Part shown: piece after piece, positions 37,189 through 46,347 of the stretch
How the letters are laid out: each line of letters starts with the position of its first letter
Position numbering within the stretch: the stretch's first letter is position 1
NCBI GenBank assembly: GCA_022822065.1
Contig: JAJECI010000008.1
Coordinates: forward strand, 117,254-181,253
Direction of reading: 5' to 3'
From: Candidatus Dadabacteria bacterium
GTDB taxonomy: Bacteria; Desulfobacterota_D; UBA1144; Nemesobacterales; Nemesobacteraceae
DNA length: 64,000 nt
Program-made: the position numbers and the translations under genes
The notes under the pieces: model-generated
The model's database searches: none
The model's input: only the letters and a program-made list of their open reading frames with translations
Told to the model about the DNA's origin: nothing

Positions 37189-38409
37189 ATGAAAAAATTC
37201 GTCCGTCATCTGGCCAAGCATATAGACCTCATTATTAACCAGGACAAGCTCGACGAAGCGAAACTGGAGAGATCAAGGGAGGTCATAATATTTGAAGGAC
37301 AAGCCAGAGAAAGAGCCGGAGAAGGGGAAGACCCTAATGTGCTCAATCACGGAGATGTTTACACTACAACCACTCTTAACCTTAACAGGGGGGTTATAAC
37401 GAATCACGGGCTGTATCCAGATCTCTACGGCCGCAAATATGATTCTTCCCAAGATCCGCTGAAAACTTTGCTCGGCGATAACGTCCCCGAATTCTCGGAC
37501 AACGTTGATCCGCAGTGCGTAACGTATGACAACGGAAACAGGGTGGCCTGCTCAGTCAGACAACTGATCCCCGCGGGGCCGATAACAACCATGGCGGGTT
37601 TTCATCACGCGGAAGACGATCCTGTTGTGCAAACCCCCGACTGTTCTGATTTCACTTCTCCGGTTACGGCCGAAGAGGTCGAGAACGAGACAGATCTCGA
37701 TATGAAAAGAGAACTTCTTAAACAATTCGTAAAAGGCATTGCCGAGATCACTAGAAAGGTATTTTTAGCTACGGCGTTGGAAGTGGCATCCAGCGTACCC
37801 CCAGAGGATGTAATACCAGCATCCGTTGCAAGGGTATACGAAGAAGTGCCTTGCTTTAGGTCACCTGGGTTACGTTCTGACTCCATATATTCTTTCGTCA
37901 TGGATCCGATACGTGGAGTTGGGTTCCTGAACGCGAACGATTTTACCCTTAACGGTCTAAGCGTTTCGTTAAATGACCCGGACCCGATCCCGTATGATGA
38001 TCAAGGAAATATTGAACCAAATGTCCTGGTTGCTTTTCAGAGGGCACTGACAAATACTCCGCCACCAGATCCCCCCAACCTGGATAGCATAAAAAATGGG
38101 GACTCCGGCTTCGTCAGATATCATTGGGACGACCCAAGAACTGAAGAGGATAACGTCGAGGGCTTTTTGGCAAAGGGCGTGGTTCCCGGCAGGTCGGTCA
38201 AGGAAAGCTACATTGAGGTAGTGAATTTGGTCGAGGGTCTTCCGTCCCCGCCTGTCCTCTTCGTGTTTGGTTCCGGATTCTATCCGGAAGAAGGCGATGA
38301 CGGGTGTTCCATCGCCGCGACCGGCAATGCGTCTCAAAGCGCTTTGCTTAATCTGTTTCTGATAGCATCCGTTTTATTCTCGGCCGTTTTCCTGAGAAAG
38401 CGCGTTTAG
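37189..38409 (+). CDS. secreted acidic protein, family member 2 (tandem paralogue); the upstream signal-peptide region 37012-37188 is in frame but interrupted by TAG at 37072-37074, so this is a probable pseudogene or phase-off allele
   Basis: Roughly 75-80% identical to the 35371 gene over its length. Same C-terminal tail (GDDGCSIAATGNASQSALLNLFLIASVLFSAVFLRKRV). GTG start at 37012 with a GGAGG Shine-Dalgarno. Codon 21 is TAG where the paralogue has TCG. Confidence 0.5.
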   Translation: MKKFVRHLAKHIDLIINQDKLDEAKLERSREVIIFEGQARERAGEGEDPNVLNHGDVYTTTTLNLNRGVITNHGLYPDLYGRKYDSSQDPLKTLLGDNVPEFSDNVDPQCVTYDNGNRVACSVRQLIPAGPITTMAGFHHAEDDPVVQTPDCSDFTSPVTAEEVENETDLDMKRELLKQFVKGIAEITRKVFLATALEVASSVPPEDVIPASVARVYEEVPCFRSPGLRSDSIYSFVMDPIRGVGFLNANDFTLNGLSVSLNDPDPIPYDDQGNIEPNVLVAFQRALTNTPPPDPPNLDSIKNGDSGFVRYHWDDPRTEEDNVEGFLAKGVVPGRSVKESYIEVVNLVEGLPSPPVLFVFGSGFYPEEGDDGCSIAATGNASQSALLNLFLIASVLFSAVFLRKRV

Positions 38410-38443
38410 GCTAAGGCAAATATTTTTCCGCGACTGATCCAGC

Positions 38444-38474
38444 GAGGGCAGCTTTTAATAAACAAGCCGCCCTC
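38444..38474. terminator. possible bidirectional hairpin between convergent genes (gagggcagc...gccgccctc)
   Basis: 9-bp imperfect inverted repeat with a 13-nt loop. The T-tract is weak, so confidence is low. Confidence 0.25.
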
Positions 38475-38583
38475 GTATCTTTCCCCGTGTTTTAACTCCC
38501 CACCTCATTAAGGGAACCCGCGGGGGTTGCGGCTATATAATCCCCTAGAACATACTCCCCTCTCGTTTCTGTTCTTTCACCGC

Positions 38584-39981
38584 TCAAGGGACCATATCCA
38601 CATGAATTTTTCTGGCTGCAAGCTCCGCTGAACGCACGCAATCGGGAATACCAACGCCAAAATAAGCCGCTCCGCAAAGCGCAAGCCCCGAGTGGCGAGA
38701 AAGCCTGTGCATAACCCCCGAGATCTCCTCTTTGTGCCCCAGCGCAAAGCGCGGCATGGACATCTTATATCTCCTTATGTAAATCTCCGCCGGGTGGTTA
38801 TCGAATCCGAAAATTCTGGCAAGTTCTTCCCTTAAGACAGTTTTTATTTTCTCCTCATCCCAAAGCACCGCATCGGGGTTAAGCTCTCCTCCGAGAAAGC
38901 ATCTTATCACCACTTTTCCGCCCCCGGATTTTTCGGGAAACTTGCTGCTGTAAAGCGAACACGCAACGAGGTTCATTCCCTCCCTGGAAGGAATTATGAT
39001 CCCCAGGCCGTCCGGAAGACCGCGGAAATCATTCTTGTCGAAAACAAGAGTCGCAACGACGGAAGAGACATATCGCACGCCCGAGAGTCTGGTTCCAATC
39101 TGCGGATCCACATCGGAAAGCAGCCGGCCGGCCGCATCGGCCCCGACGGACAGAATGACAGCGTCAAATTTCTCTTCCCCGCGGTCGGAATTGACAAGCC
39201 ATCCGTTTTCCGATTTTTTAAGGGAAAGGACCGGGGTCTTGTAATCCTGCCTCGCAAATTCGGCATTTTCGCAAAGTCTTTCGACGATAACGGACATGCC
39301 TTCGGCCGGGGTGAGAAAAAGGCCGTATCTGGCACCGCTTTCCCCCCGGGACGTCGGAGGATTGCGAAGAAGGTCCCGAAGAACGCTTCCGCTTCGCTTC
39401 TCCATATCTAGGAACTGGGGCATTGTGGCCGAAAGACTCAGCTTTTCGGGGTCGGCCATGTAAATTCCGCCCAGAAGAGGCTGCGCGGCCTTATCGAAGA
39501 TCTCCCTTCCGAACCTCCTTTCCACAAACGAACGGACGCTTTCGTCCACTCCCCCACCGCGCGGAATCAGAGGCTCAAGAAGCACCCTGAGCTTGGCCCC
39601 GGCGCTGAACAGCCCGCTGCGCAGAAACGGCAGAAGCTTCGAGGGAGCCATCAGAAAAAAACCCTCGGGAAGAGCCCGGAGTTTTCCCGCCTGATAAACG
39701 AAAGTGGTTTTCCCCTTGCCGTATCCCACACCAAGGAGCGAATCCTCAAGTCCAAGCTCTCTTGCAAGATCAAGGGCCCAGGGCTTTGACGTTATAAAGG
39801 AGTCGGGCCCTAGTTCAAGAACCATGTCTTCTTTTTTTACGGTATCAAGAACCCCGCCCGGATGCGCTGAGGACTCGAAAAGAACAAGCTCGAGGGGAAC
39901 ATTTCCCTCGCGACAGAGCTTTCTCAGATAGTGGGCCGAGGAAAGACCCGAGATTCCAGCGCCGACAATCGCGACTTTCAT
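38584..39981 (-). CDS. hemY: protoporphyrinogen/coproporphyrinogen oxidase, FAD-dependent HemY type
   Basis: N-terminal dinucleotide fold MKVAIVGAGISGLSSAHYL. Size is 465 aa. Adjacent to hemH and hemD/E. Confidence 0.8.
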   Translation of the reverse strand: MKVAIVGAGISGLSSAHYLRKLCREGNVPLELVLFESSAHPGGVLDTVKKEDMVLELGPDSFITSKPWALDLARELGLEDSLLGVGYGKGKTTFVYQAGKLRALPEGFFLMAPSKLLPFLRSGLFSAGAKLRVLLEPLIPRGGGVDESVRSFVERRFGREIFDKAAQPLLGGIYMADPEKLSLSATMPQFLDMEKRSGSVLRDLLRNPPTSRGESGARYGLFLTPAEGMSVIVERLCENAEFARQDYKTPVLSLKKSENGWLVNSDRGEEKFDAVILSVGADAAGRLLSDVDPQIGTRLSGVRYVSSVVATLVFDKNDFRGLPDGLGIIIPSREGMNLVACSLYSSKFPEKSGGGKVVIRCFLGGELNPDAVLWDEEKIKTVLREELARIFGFDNHPAEIYIRRYKMSMPRFALGHKEEISGVMHRLSRHSGLALCGAAYFGVGIPDCVRSAELAARKIHVDMVP

Positions 39982-39996
39982 AACGAATTATCTTAC

Positions 39997-40938
39997 TTAC
40001 TGCCGGGAGTTTTCTGAATCGATGAGCCTCAGCACCCCGTCGCCCAGAGCCTTTATGTAGCGGTCATCGTCGTTCACGGTCTCGGCCCTGTAGAGGTTCA
40101 CCCCGCACTCGCGCGCAGCCTCGGTTGCCTCAACCCCTATATCGAAAAGCACCTCGATATGATCGCAGACAAATCCTATCGGCTGAATCACGATATCCGT
40201 GAAGCCCCGATCGGCAAGATTCCCTATCACGTCGCATACGTCCGGTTCAAGCCATTTTTCATTCGGAGAGCCGCTCCTGCTCTGATAGGCGGTCATCCAT
40301 TTTTTGTGCCCGACTCTGTCCGCCACCAGCATTGAGGAAGTTTCAAACTGCAGGGCATAGGGAGATGAATCCGACATCCTCTCGGGAATGCTGTGAGCCG
40401 TAAACACAAGCATGGTGGTATCGAGCCTGCTTTCGGGAATGTCTTGCATTCGCTCCGTCACCTTGGCCGCCGAGCCCTCTATGAAAAGAGGATGGTTAAA
40501 AAGCGGAGGAACATATTCCACGTGAAGCTCCATCCTGAGATCTTCGCAGGCCTCGCTTACATCCCTCATGTACCTCTCCCAGCTCGCATCGGAACGGTAA
40601 ACGGCCATTATGAGGCCCACCAGGTTCTTCACGCCATTCTCCCGCATCCGCTCAAGGGAATCCTTGATGAACGGATGCCAGTTTCTCATCCCGACGTAGA
40701 CCGGAAGATCGTACCCCCATACTGAAAGAAGCTTCTCAAGTTTTTGGGCCTGCTTGTAGGTGAATTCGTTGAGTGGAGACTTCCCGTCGAAGATCTCGTA
40801 GTGATGGGCGACTTCCCGCAGCCTGTCTTCGGGTATCGGTCTCCCACTGGCCACATTTCTTAGAAAGGGCATTATGTCCTCTTTTTTCTCGGGAGCCCCG
40901 TATCCGATCATCATTACGGCGTCAAAATTATTTCGCAT
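39997..40938 (-). CDS. hemH: ferrochelatase
   Basis: Ferrochelatase motifs FTAHSIP and YQSRSGSP, plus the conserved His/Glu region. Size is 313 aa. Confidence 0.9.
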   Translation of the reverse strand: MRNNFDAVMMIGYGAPEKKEDIMPFLRNVASGRPIPEDRLREVAHHYEIFDGKSPLNEFTYKQAQKLEKLLSVWGYDLPVYVGMRNWHPFIKDSLERMRENGVKNLVGLIMAVYRSDASWERYMRDVSEACEDLRMELHVEYVPPLFNHPLFIEGSAAKVTERMQDIPESRLDTTMLVFTAHSIPERMSDSSPYALQFETSSMLVADRVGHKKWMTAYQSRSGSPNEKWLEPDVCDVIGNLADRGFTDIVIQPIGFVCDHIEVLFDIGVEATEAARECGVNLYRAETVNDDDRYIKALGDGVLRLIDSENSRQ

Positions 40939-40949
40939 GGAGCTTTTTT

Positions 40950-42911
40950 CTAGGCCTCCCCTCGCGCGGAATACTCGTGAACCTCGTCAATCAGCCTCAG
41001 AACATTGTCAACCGGCGTCTGCGGCAGTACTCCGTGACCCAGGTTGAATATGTGCCCAGGCCTTCCTCCCACTCTGTCAAGTATCTTCCTCGCCTCTCCC
41101 ACGACGTGAGAGGAGGTTGAGAGCATTGAAACCGGATCAAGATTCCCCTGGACCGCAAGAGAACTCCCGGCCCTCTGCCAGCCGTCAAGAATGTCGACCC
41201 TCCAGTCAAGACCGATAACTCCAGCTCCGGTCTTTCCCATGAGTTCGAGCAGGGAACCGGTTCCGGTTCCGAACAGTATTACCGGAACTTCCGGAGGAAG
41301 GGCCGAGATAAGTTTCTTCACGTGCGGGAAGACGAATCTTTCGTAATCCGCCGGGGAAAGACAACCCACCCAGCTGTCGAAAATCTGCACGGCGTCGGCC
41401 CCCGCGCCCACCTGGGCGCAGAGATAATCCGAGATGCTCTCGGTAAGAATCTCCATGAGCCTCTCCCACAGGGAAGGATCACCGTACATCAGTTTTTTCG
41501 TGTTTACGTAGTTTTTCGAACCGCTCCCCTCAACCGCGTAGGAAGCCACGGTAAAAGGTGCGCCGCTAAAACCAATAAGCGAAACTTCGGGGGCAAGCGC
41601 CTTTCTCGTGATACGAAGAGCCTCGTAGACGAAATCCATGCTCTCGGGATCAAAGTCCCTCAGGGCCTCTATGCGCTTTCGGGTCCTAAGAGGCTTGGCT
41701 ATCACGGGACCGTCGACGCTTGAATACTCAAGGGAAAGCCCCAGGGGCTCCAGTATGAGCAGTATGTCCGAGAAAATGATGGCCGCGTCCACGCCGAAGC
41801 GGTCAACCACCATCAGCGTGATTTCCGAGGCCATATCAGGGGTCTTGCAAAACTCCTTGAAAGAAACGCGGGAGCGGGCCTCCCTGTATTCCCGAAGAAA
41901 TCTGCCCGCCTGCCGCATGAGCCAGACGGGAGTATAATCGGCTTTCTCAAGGCGACACGCCTTCATAAACGCCCCTTCGGAAGTGACTTCCCTCCTTTGG
42001 TCCTGCGCGCCGTCCCCTGACCAGACCATCTGCGTGCGGTTCCAGTTCCGGGTATCCACACCGTTTTTAAATGCCGTTCTTTTCTTGGCGAGGAGCGTCG
42101 CCGACCTTCTGGCCACCTCTCTCACCAGGTTTCCCATTTTCGGGCTGTCGGGCTCATAGTCAACGGATATGCCGTTTTCCCTGAGCGTCTCCGTGGTGGT
42201 CGGCCCGATCGAGCATACAAGCGCCTTTTTCACTCCCTCGATGAATTCGGCGACACGCTCCTCTTTGCCCGCCACCTCAAAAAGGTTTGATACCTGCCGG
42301 GAACTTGTGAACAGGAGGCAGTCCTCCTCCCCCTCGGATACGGATATTACGGCGTCGCGCAGGGGACCCAGATCCTCCGGAAGCGCCCACCTGTAGATGG
42401 GAATTCTTCTCACGTCGGCCCCTCTTTTCTCAAGAGAAGCGAGAAACTCCTCGTTTGAAACCCCGTATTCCTGAACGTACACGACTAGGTTCTCAAGCGA
42501 CATGTCCCTCTGGTCAAAAGTGGAAAGTATGTCCCTCCACGTGTTCGGTTCGGAAACGGTTATATCCGGTTTCATCCCGAGTTTGCGAAGGACCGCCACG
42601 GGTTTAGGACCTCTGGCAAGAATCGTCGTTCCGCGCAGGGCTTCGACATATTCCTTTTCTCCCGATTCCGCAATTACGATGTCGGAGAGTATTCGCGTTC
42701 CTACCCCGGTCATGAGAACAAGAAGGTCGATTTTGCCCGAGAAGAGATCATCGGCAAACCCGGCAACGTAAGGACTTTTAAGATCGGGGACTTCCCTCAT
42801 CGAGGGCGCGACCCTGGGCACGCCGCCGTGATAGGAGATGAGTTTTTTCATCTCCTCGCAACGGCGACTTTCAAAAGACGTTACCTTAAGCCCGTTAAAA
42901 CCCTGTTTCAT
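40950..42911 (-). CDS. hemE: fused uroporphyrinogen-III synthase (HemD-like N-domain) and uroporphyrinogen decarboxylase (HemE C-domain)
   Basis: The C-terminal ~340 aa carry the UroD signature PVWLMRQAGR and the rest of HemE. The N-terminal ~300 aa have the HemD (HEM4) two-lobed pattern. Total 653 aa. Confidence 0.8.
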   Translation of the reverse strand: MKQGFNGLKVTSFESRRCEEMKKLISYHGGVPRVAPSMREVPDLKSPYVAGFADDLFSGKIDLLVLMTGVGTRILSDIVIAESGEKEYVEALRGTTILARGPKPVAVLRKLGMKPDITVSEPNTWRDILSTFDQRDMSLENLVVYVQEYGVSNEEFLASLEKRGADVRRIPIYRWALPEDLGPLRDAVISVSEGEEDCLLFTSSRQVSNLFEVAGKEERVAEFIEGVKKALVCSIGPTTTETLRENGISVDYEPDSPKMGNLVREVARRSATLLAKKRTAFKNGVDTRNWNRTQMVWSGDGAQDQRREVTSEGAFMKACRLEKADYTPVWLMRQAGRFLREYREARSRVSFKEFCKTPDMASEITLMVVDRFGVDAAIIFSDILLILEPLGLSLEYSSVDGPVIAKPLRTRKRIEALRDFDPESMDFVYEALRITRKALAPEVSLIGFSGAPFTVASYAVEGSGSKNYVNTKKLMYGDPSLWERLMEILTESISDYLCAQVGAGADAVQIFDSWVGCLSPADYERFVFPHVKKLISALPPEVPVILFGTGTGSLLELMGKTGAGVIGLDWRVDILDGWQRAGSSLAVQGNLDPVSMLSTSSHVVGEARKILDRVGGRPGHIFNLGHGVLPQTPVDNVLRLIDEVHEYSARGEA

Positions 42912-42939
42912 GACTTAACTACCAGGCGCCGTTTCGACA

Positions 42940-44205
42940 CTAAAGAAATTCCGCGATGCTCTCGGCTTTAAGCAGATCCTCGAGAGTCTCCCTGGCCCTT
43001 ATCTCGCAGTACCTCTCACCGCTCACAAGAACCTCGGCAGCCCGGGGTCTTGTGTTGTAATTAGACGACATCACGAAACCGTACGCCCCCGCGCTGAAAA
43101 CCGCAAGCAGTTCGCCCGCGGAAACTTCGGGAAAACTCCTGTCTCTTGCCAGAAAATCGCCCGATTCGCATATCGGGCCGACTATGTCCACCACCTCGCG
43201 GGACTCGGAACCTCCCGCGCGCACCGGCTCTATTCGGTGAAAGGAGTCGTAAAACGCGGGTCTCACGAGGTCGTTCATCGCGGCGTCGACTATTACGAAT
43301 TTCTTCGATGTTCCCTCCTTGACGTAAAGCACCCTGGTGGACATTATTCCCGCGTTGCCCACCAGCGATCTCCCGGGCTCAAGGACCAGCCCGTAGCTGG
43401 TATCGCGAAGGTGTTCCTCGAAAACCCGCGCGTACTCGGACTTCGCCGGGGGCCTCTCCCCGCTCTCGTAGCTTATCGCGAGGCCCCCTCCTATATCTAT
43501 GTAGGAAATCTCAATCCCGTCGCTCCCGAGCCTGTCGGCCAGATGGACGAGCTTCGATATGGACTCGGAGAAGGAGGAAAGATCGAATATCTGGGAACCT
43601 ATATGGGCGTCAATTCCCCTTATCTCAATTCCCTCCATCCGCGAGGCGTTTCTGTACACATCCGCCGCTTTTTCGATCCCGATTCCGAACTTGCTTTTCT
43701 CAAAACCCGTCGATATGTACGGATGGGTGTCGGGATCGACATCAGGATTGACCCTTATCGCGACCGGGGCCTTCTCTCCGAGCGAGACGGCCACATCGTT
43801 TATCTTCTGAAGCTCCGCTTCGGATTCCACGTTGAAAAAAAGTATCCGGGAGCGGATGGCGGCCTCTATCTCCTCTTCTGTCTTTCCGACTCCCGAGAAC
43901 ACCACTTTCGAGGTGTCTCCCCCGGCGGCAACAACCCTCCGCAGCTCCCCCGAGGAGACTATGTCGAAACCGGAATCCATGGAGGAGAAAACCTTGAGCA
44001 CGGATATATTGGAGTTCGCCTTTACGGAATAGCAGATCAGGGGATCGATTTCAGAAAACGCCTCCTTGTACTCAAGGAAGCTTGAGCGGATGGAATTGTG
44101 GCTGTAGATATAGACCGGAGTTCCAAAGTCCTCGCATATTTTCCTCACGGGAACTCCCTCAACGTAAAGTTCGCCGTCAGTATATTCAAAATCGGAAGTC
44201 ATCAT
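42940..44205 (-). CDS. lysA: diaminopimelate decarboxylase
   Basis: PLP-fold motifs YSVKANS, LEPGRSLV and GPICESGD. Size is 421 aa. Confidence 0.9.
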   Translation of the reverse strand: MMTSDFEYTDGELYVEGVPVRKICEDFGTPVYIYSHNSIRSSFLEYKEAFSEIDPLICYSVKANSNISVLKVFSSMDSGFDIVSSGELRRVVAAGGDTSKVVFSGVGKTEEEIEAAIRSRILFFNVESEAELQKINDVAVSLGEKAPVAIRVNPDVDPDTHPYISTGFEKSKFGIGIEKAADVYRNASRMEGIEIRGIDAHIGSQIFDLSSFSESISKLVHLADRLGSDGIEISYIDIGGGLAISYESGERPPAKSEYARVFEEHLRDTSYGLVLEPGRSLVGNAGIMSTRVLYVKEGTSKKFVIVDAAMNDLVRPAFYDSFHRIEPVRAGGSESREVVDIVGPICESGDFLARDRSFPEVSAGELLAVFSAGAYGFVMSSNYNTRPRAAEVLVSGERYCEIRARETLEDLLKAESIAEFL

Positions 44206-44515
44206 GTAAATCCCCGCAGCTTGAAGCTAGAAAATCTACCCGAAAAAAACAGCGGAAAACAATCACGGAATCCAAAGCCAGGGAAAGCTCCGCAAGCCCG
44301 GGGCGCCGGCTATGCAATTAGCTTATTACTAACAACTCCGATCTCTCCTCTTGACAGAAACGACCGGTCCTACTATACTTTGCCGCTTATGTGAACAACC
44401 GGTCCTTGCAAACCGGCCCGCTCGAATTTGATTTTGAAACTTCCGCCGAGCAAGGAAAGGAAAGCAGAAAAAAGCAGTTTCAGGAGGAATTTTCATGAAG
44501 TCAGTTAACTCTACT

Positions 44516-44526
44516 CCCCCCCCCCC
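44516..44526 (+). repeat. homopolymeric poly-C tract (C11) seven codons after an ATG with a strong AGGAGG Shine-Dalgarno
   Basis: ATG at 44495-44497 preceded by caggagga. Then atg aag tca gtt aac tct act, followed by 11 consecutive C. Confidence 0.9.
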
Positions 44527-44609
44527 ATGTAAACCGGCGGCCTAGCTTCGCTGTCACCGGGAGTTTTCCTCTCCCTCTTCTTTTTCTCGCCCTTCTACTA
44601 GTCTCGCTG

Positions 44610-46124
44610 GTGTTGCTCGTCGCTCCACGGGCACAGGCGCAGAGAACCATCTGGTCCGCCACGCTGACCGTACAGGATTTTGGTCATAACTTTGGGCTAG
44701 GTTGCTCTGATAGAAGATCGGGCAAGGAATGCAGCAATAACCTCACGGATAATGATTTCACACATGGAGGCACGGATTATCTGGTTAAAGTGGTCTCTAC
44801 TAGAACAGTGGGGGTGAGCCAGCAGCAGGATTTAAGCTTTCAGCTCGACAAAGCAATTCCTCTGGGACTGACGTTGCATGTGGGCAGCAGTTCCTTTACC
44901 GTCGCCAGTGCAACTCTTAGCGATCCCGATGCCCTGGGCGTCAACAAGCTCGCAGTATGGACCAACACCGGCCTGTCTTCTTGGAGCGAGAACCAAAAGG
45001 TTTCGCTAAGGCTGGTGGATCCGTCCGCCGCGCCCCCGCCTCCACCTCCTCCGCCTCCGCCCGTCATTGAGTCCCCAGAAGGGGTTAGCCACAGCGGGAA
45101 CCCTAATGACGGTTTCTCCCTTACTCCCCTTGGAGAAGGAGGAAGCATTGTCTACAGAAAAAGAACTATAGATATTCCCGTCACCCGGGATGAATGTACA
45201 TCTCCCGGAAATCCCGCGCTGATCATATCCCGCAGCACACTTGACCGCGTGAGGGAAATTACCTTTGAACTCTCGGAAACTTCTCCCCAGGACTCTCCCC
45301 CCGGGTTTCGCATGGAGGGCTGCGTTGCGGAAATAGATCCGGGAATAAGACTCGGACAAAGAGAGACAGTGGCTGTATGTCTTCCTCCTGCTGATGTTAA
45401 AGGAGAAGCCTATGTTCACCGTTACGACGAAGAATGGAAGATTCTTCCCTCACGATCAGAAACCGTTAACGGAGAGGAGCTTGTCTGCGGGGATACAGAC
45501 TCGTTCTCCCTGTTCGGAGCTTTCCTGCCAGTGATTGAGTCAGCTGAAGGGGTTACCCACAGTGAAGACAAAGAGTATGGTTTCTCCCTTACTCCCCTTG
45601 GAGAGGGAGGAAGCATTGTTTACGGGGAGAAGACTATAGATCTTTCTGTTACAGGGGATGTGGGTTCTTCGGGAGATCCCGCAGTGATAGTCTCCCGCGA
45701 TGTTCTTGACCGCGTAGAGGAGATAACCTTCGAGCTCTCGGAAGTCTCTCCCCATGATCCTCCTCCGGGGTTTTATCTAGAGGGTTTCTCTGCGGAAGTG
45801 GATCTGGGAGTCACGCTTGAGCCAGGAGAGACAGTGAGTGTGTGTCTTCCGTCTTCCGGGGGAGATATTTACCGTTACAGTGAAGAACTAGGGGAGTGGG
45901 AAGTTCTTGAGTCATCGCGGTCGGAGACTGTTAACGGAGAGGAAGTTGTCTGCGGGGAGGTGGACGCAGTTTCCCTGACCGGAGTGTTTGTCGAGGACAC
46001 GGGAGGATGCGTCATTGCCGCAGTGAGCGGGGAAGGAGTCCCGTGGCGGGGAGCGGTGTTTAACCTTCTCCTCATCATGTCCGTGCTGCTGCTTATTCCG
46101 GGGATGAGAAAGCCTGGGGTATGA
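44610..46124 (+). CDS. proline-rich, internally duplicated cell-surface protein with a C-terminal Cys-containing sorting-like tail; the 5' end is disrupted (the true start is probably ATG 44495, which is in frame but separated by TAG 44543-44545)
   Basis: The ORF begins at the h-region of a signal peptide (..LLLVSLVLLVAPRAQA|QRTIW). Internal features are a PPPPPPPPPP linker and two ~155-aa tandem repeat units. C-terminus GGCVIAAVSGEGVPWRGAVFNLLLIMSVLLLIPGMRKPGV. Confidence 0.55.
   Translation: MLLVAPRAQAQRTIWSATLTVQDFGHNFGLGCSDRRSGKECSNNLTDNDFTHGGTDYLVKVVSTRTVGVSQQQDLSFQLDKAIPLGLTLHVGSSSFTVASATLSDPDALGVNKLAVWTNTGLSSWSENQKVSLRLVDPSAAPPPPPPPPPPVIESPEGVSHSGNPNDGFSLTPLGEGGSIVYRKRTIDIPVTRDECTSPGNPALIISRSTLDRVREITFELSETSPQDSPPGFRMEGCVAEIDPGIRLGQRETVAVCLPPADVKGEAYVHRYDEEWKILPSRSETVNGEELVCGDTDSFSLFGAFLPVIESAEGVTHSEDKEYGFSLTPLGEGGSIVYGEKTIDLSVTGDVGSSGDPAVIVSRDVLDRVEEITFELSEVSPHDPPPGFYLEGFSAEVDLGVTLEPGETVSVCLPSSGGDIYRYSEELGEWEVLESSRSETVNGEEVVCGEVDAVSLTGVFVEDTGGCVIAAVSGEGVPWRGAVFNLLLIMSVLLLIPGMRKPGV
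45063..45995 (+). repeat. two tandem ~465-bp intragenic repeat units (~55-60% aa identity) inside the surface-protein gene
   Basis: Unit 1 begins VIESPEGVSHSGNPNDGFSLTPLGEGGSIVY (45063). Unit 2 begins VIESAEGVTHSEDKEYGFSLTPLGEGGSIVY (45531). Both end ...SETVNGEE.VCG..D..SL.G.F. Confidence 0.6.
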
Positions 46125-46347
46125 CAGGAAGGCAGGGTCTGGATGAAGCAGAGATTTCAAGTCAGTTGAGGTTGATTTAAGAAAATTCCGGAAACCAATT
46201 AATTCAAAAGCCGGTCATTTTAATTCGTTTCCAGTCTGCATTCCGCAAATTTTGCTTGGACAAAACCCGGATTTGTTTTATAATGGTTTCGTTGTATCGA
46301 AAACCAGACTTCGGAGCAAAAACCTCTCTATTCAAGGATAAATCCCC

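Noticed and set aside
45028-45065. Poly-proline DNA tract as a slipped-strand phase-variation site
   Set aside because: The ten Pro codons alternate ccc, ccg, cct and cca. This is not a perfect short tandem repeat and is unlikely to slip. In contrast, the true C11 homopolymer at 44516-44526 is reported as a feature and in the findings.
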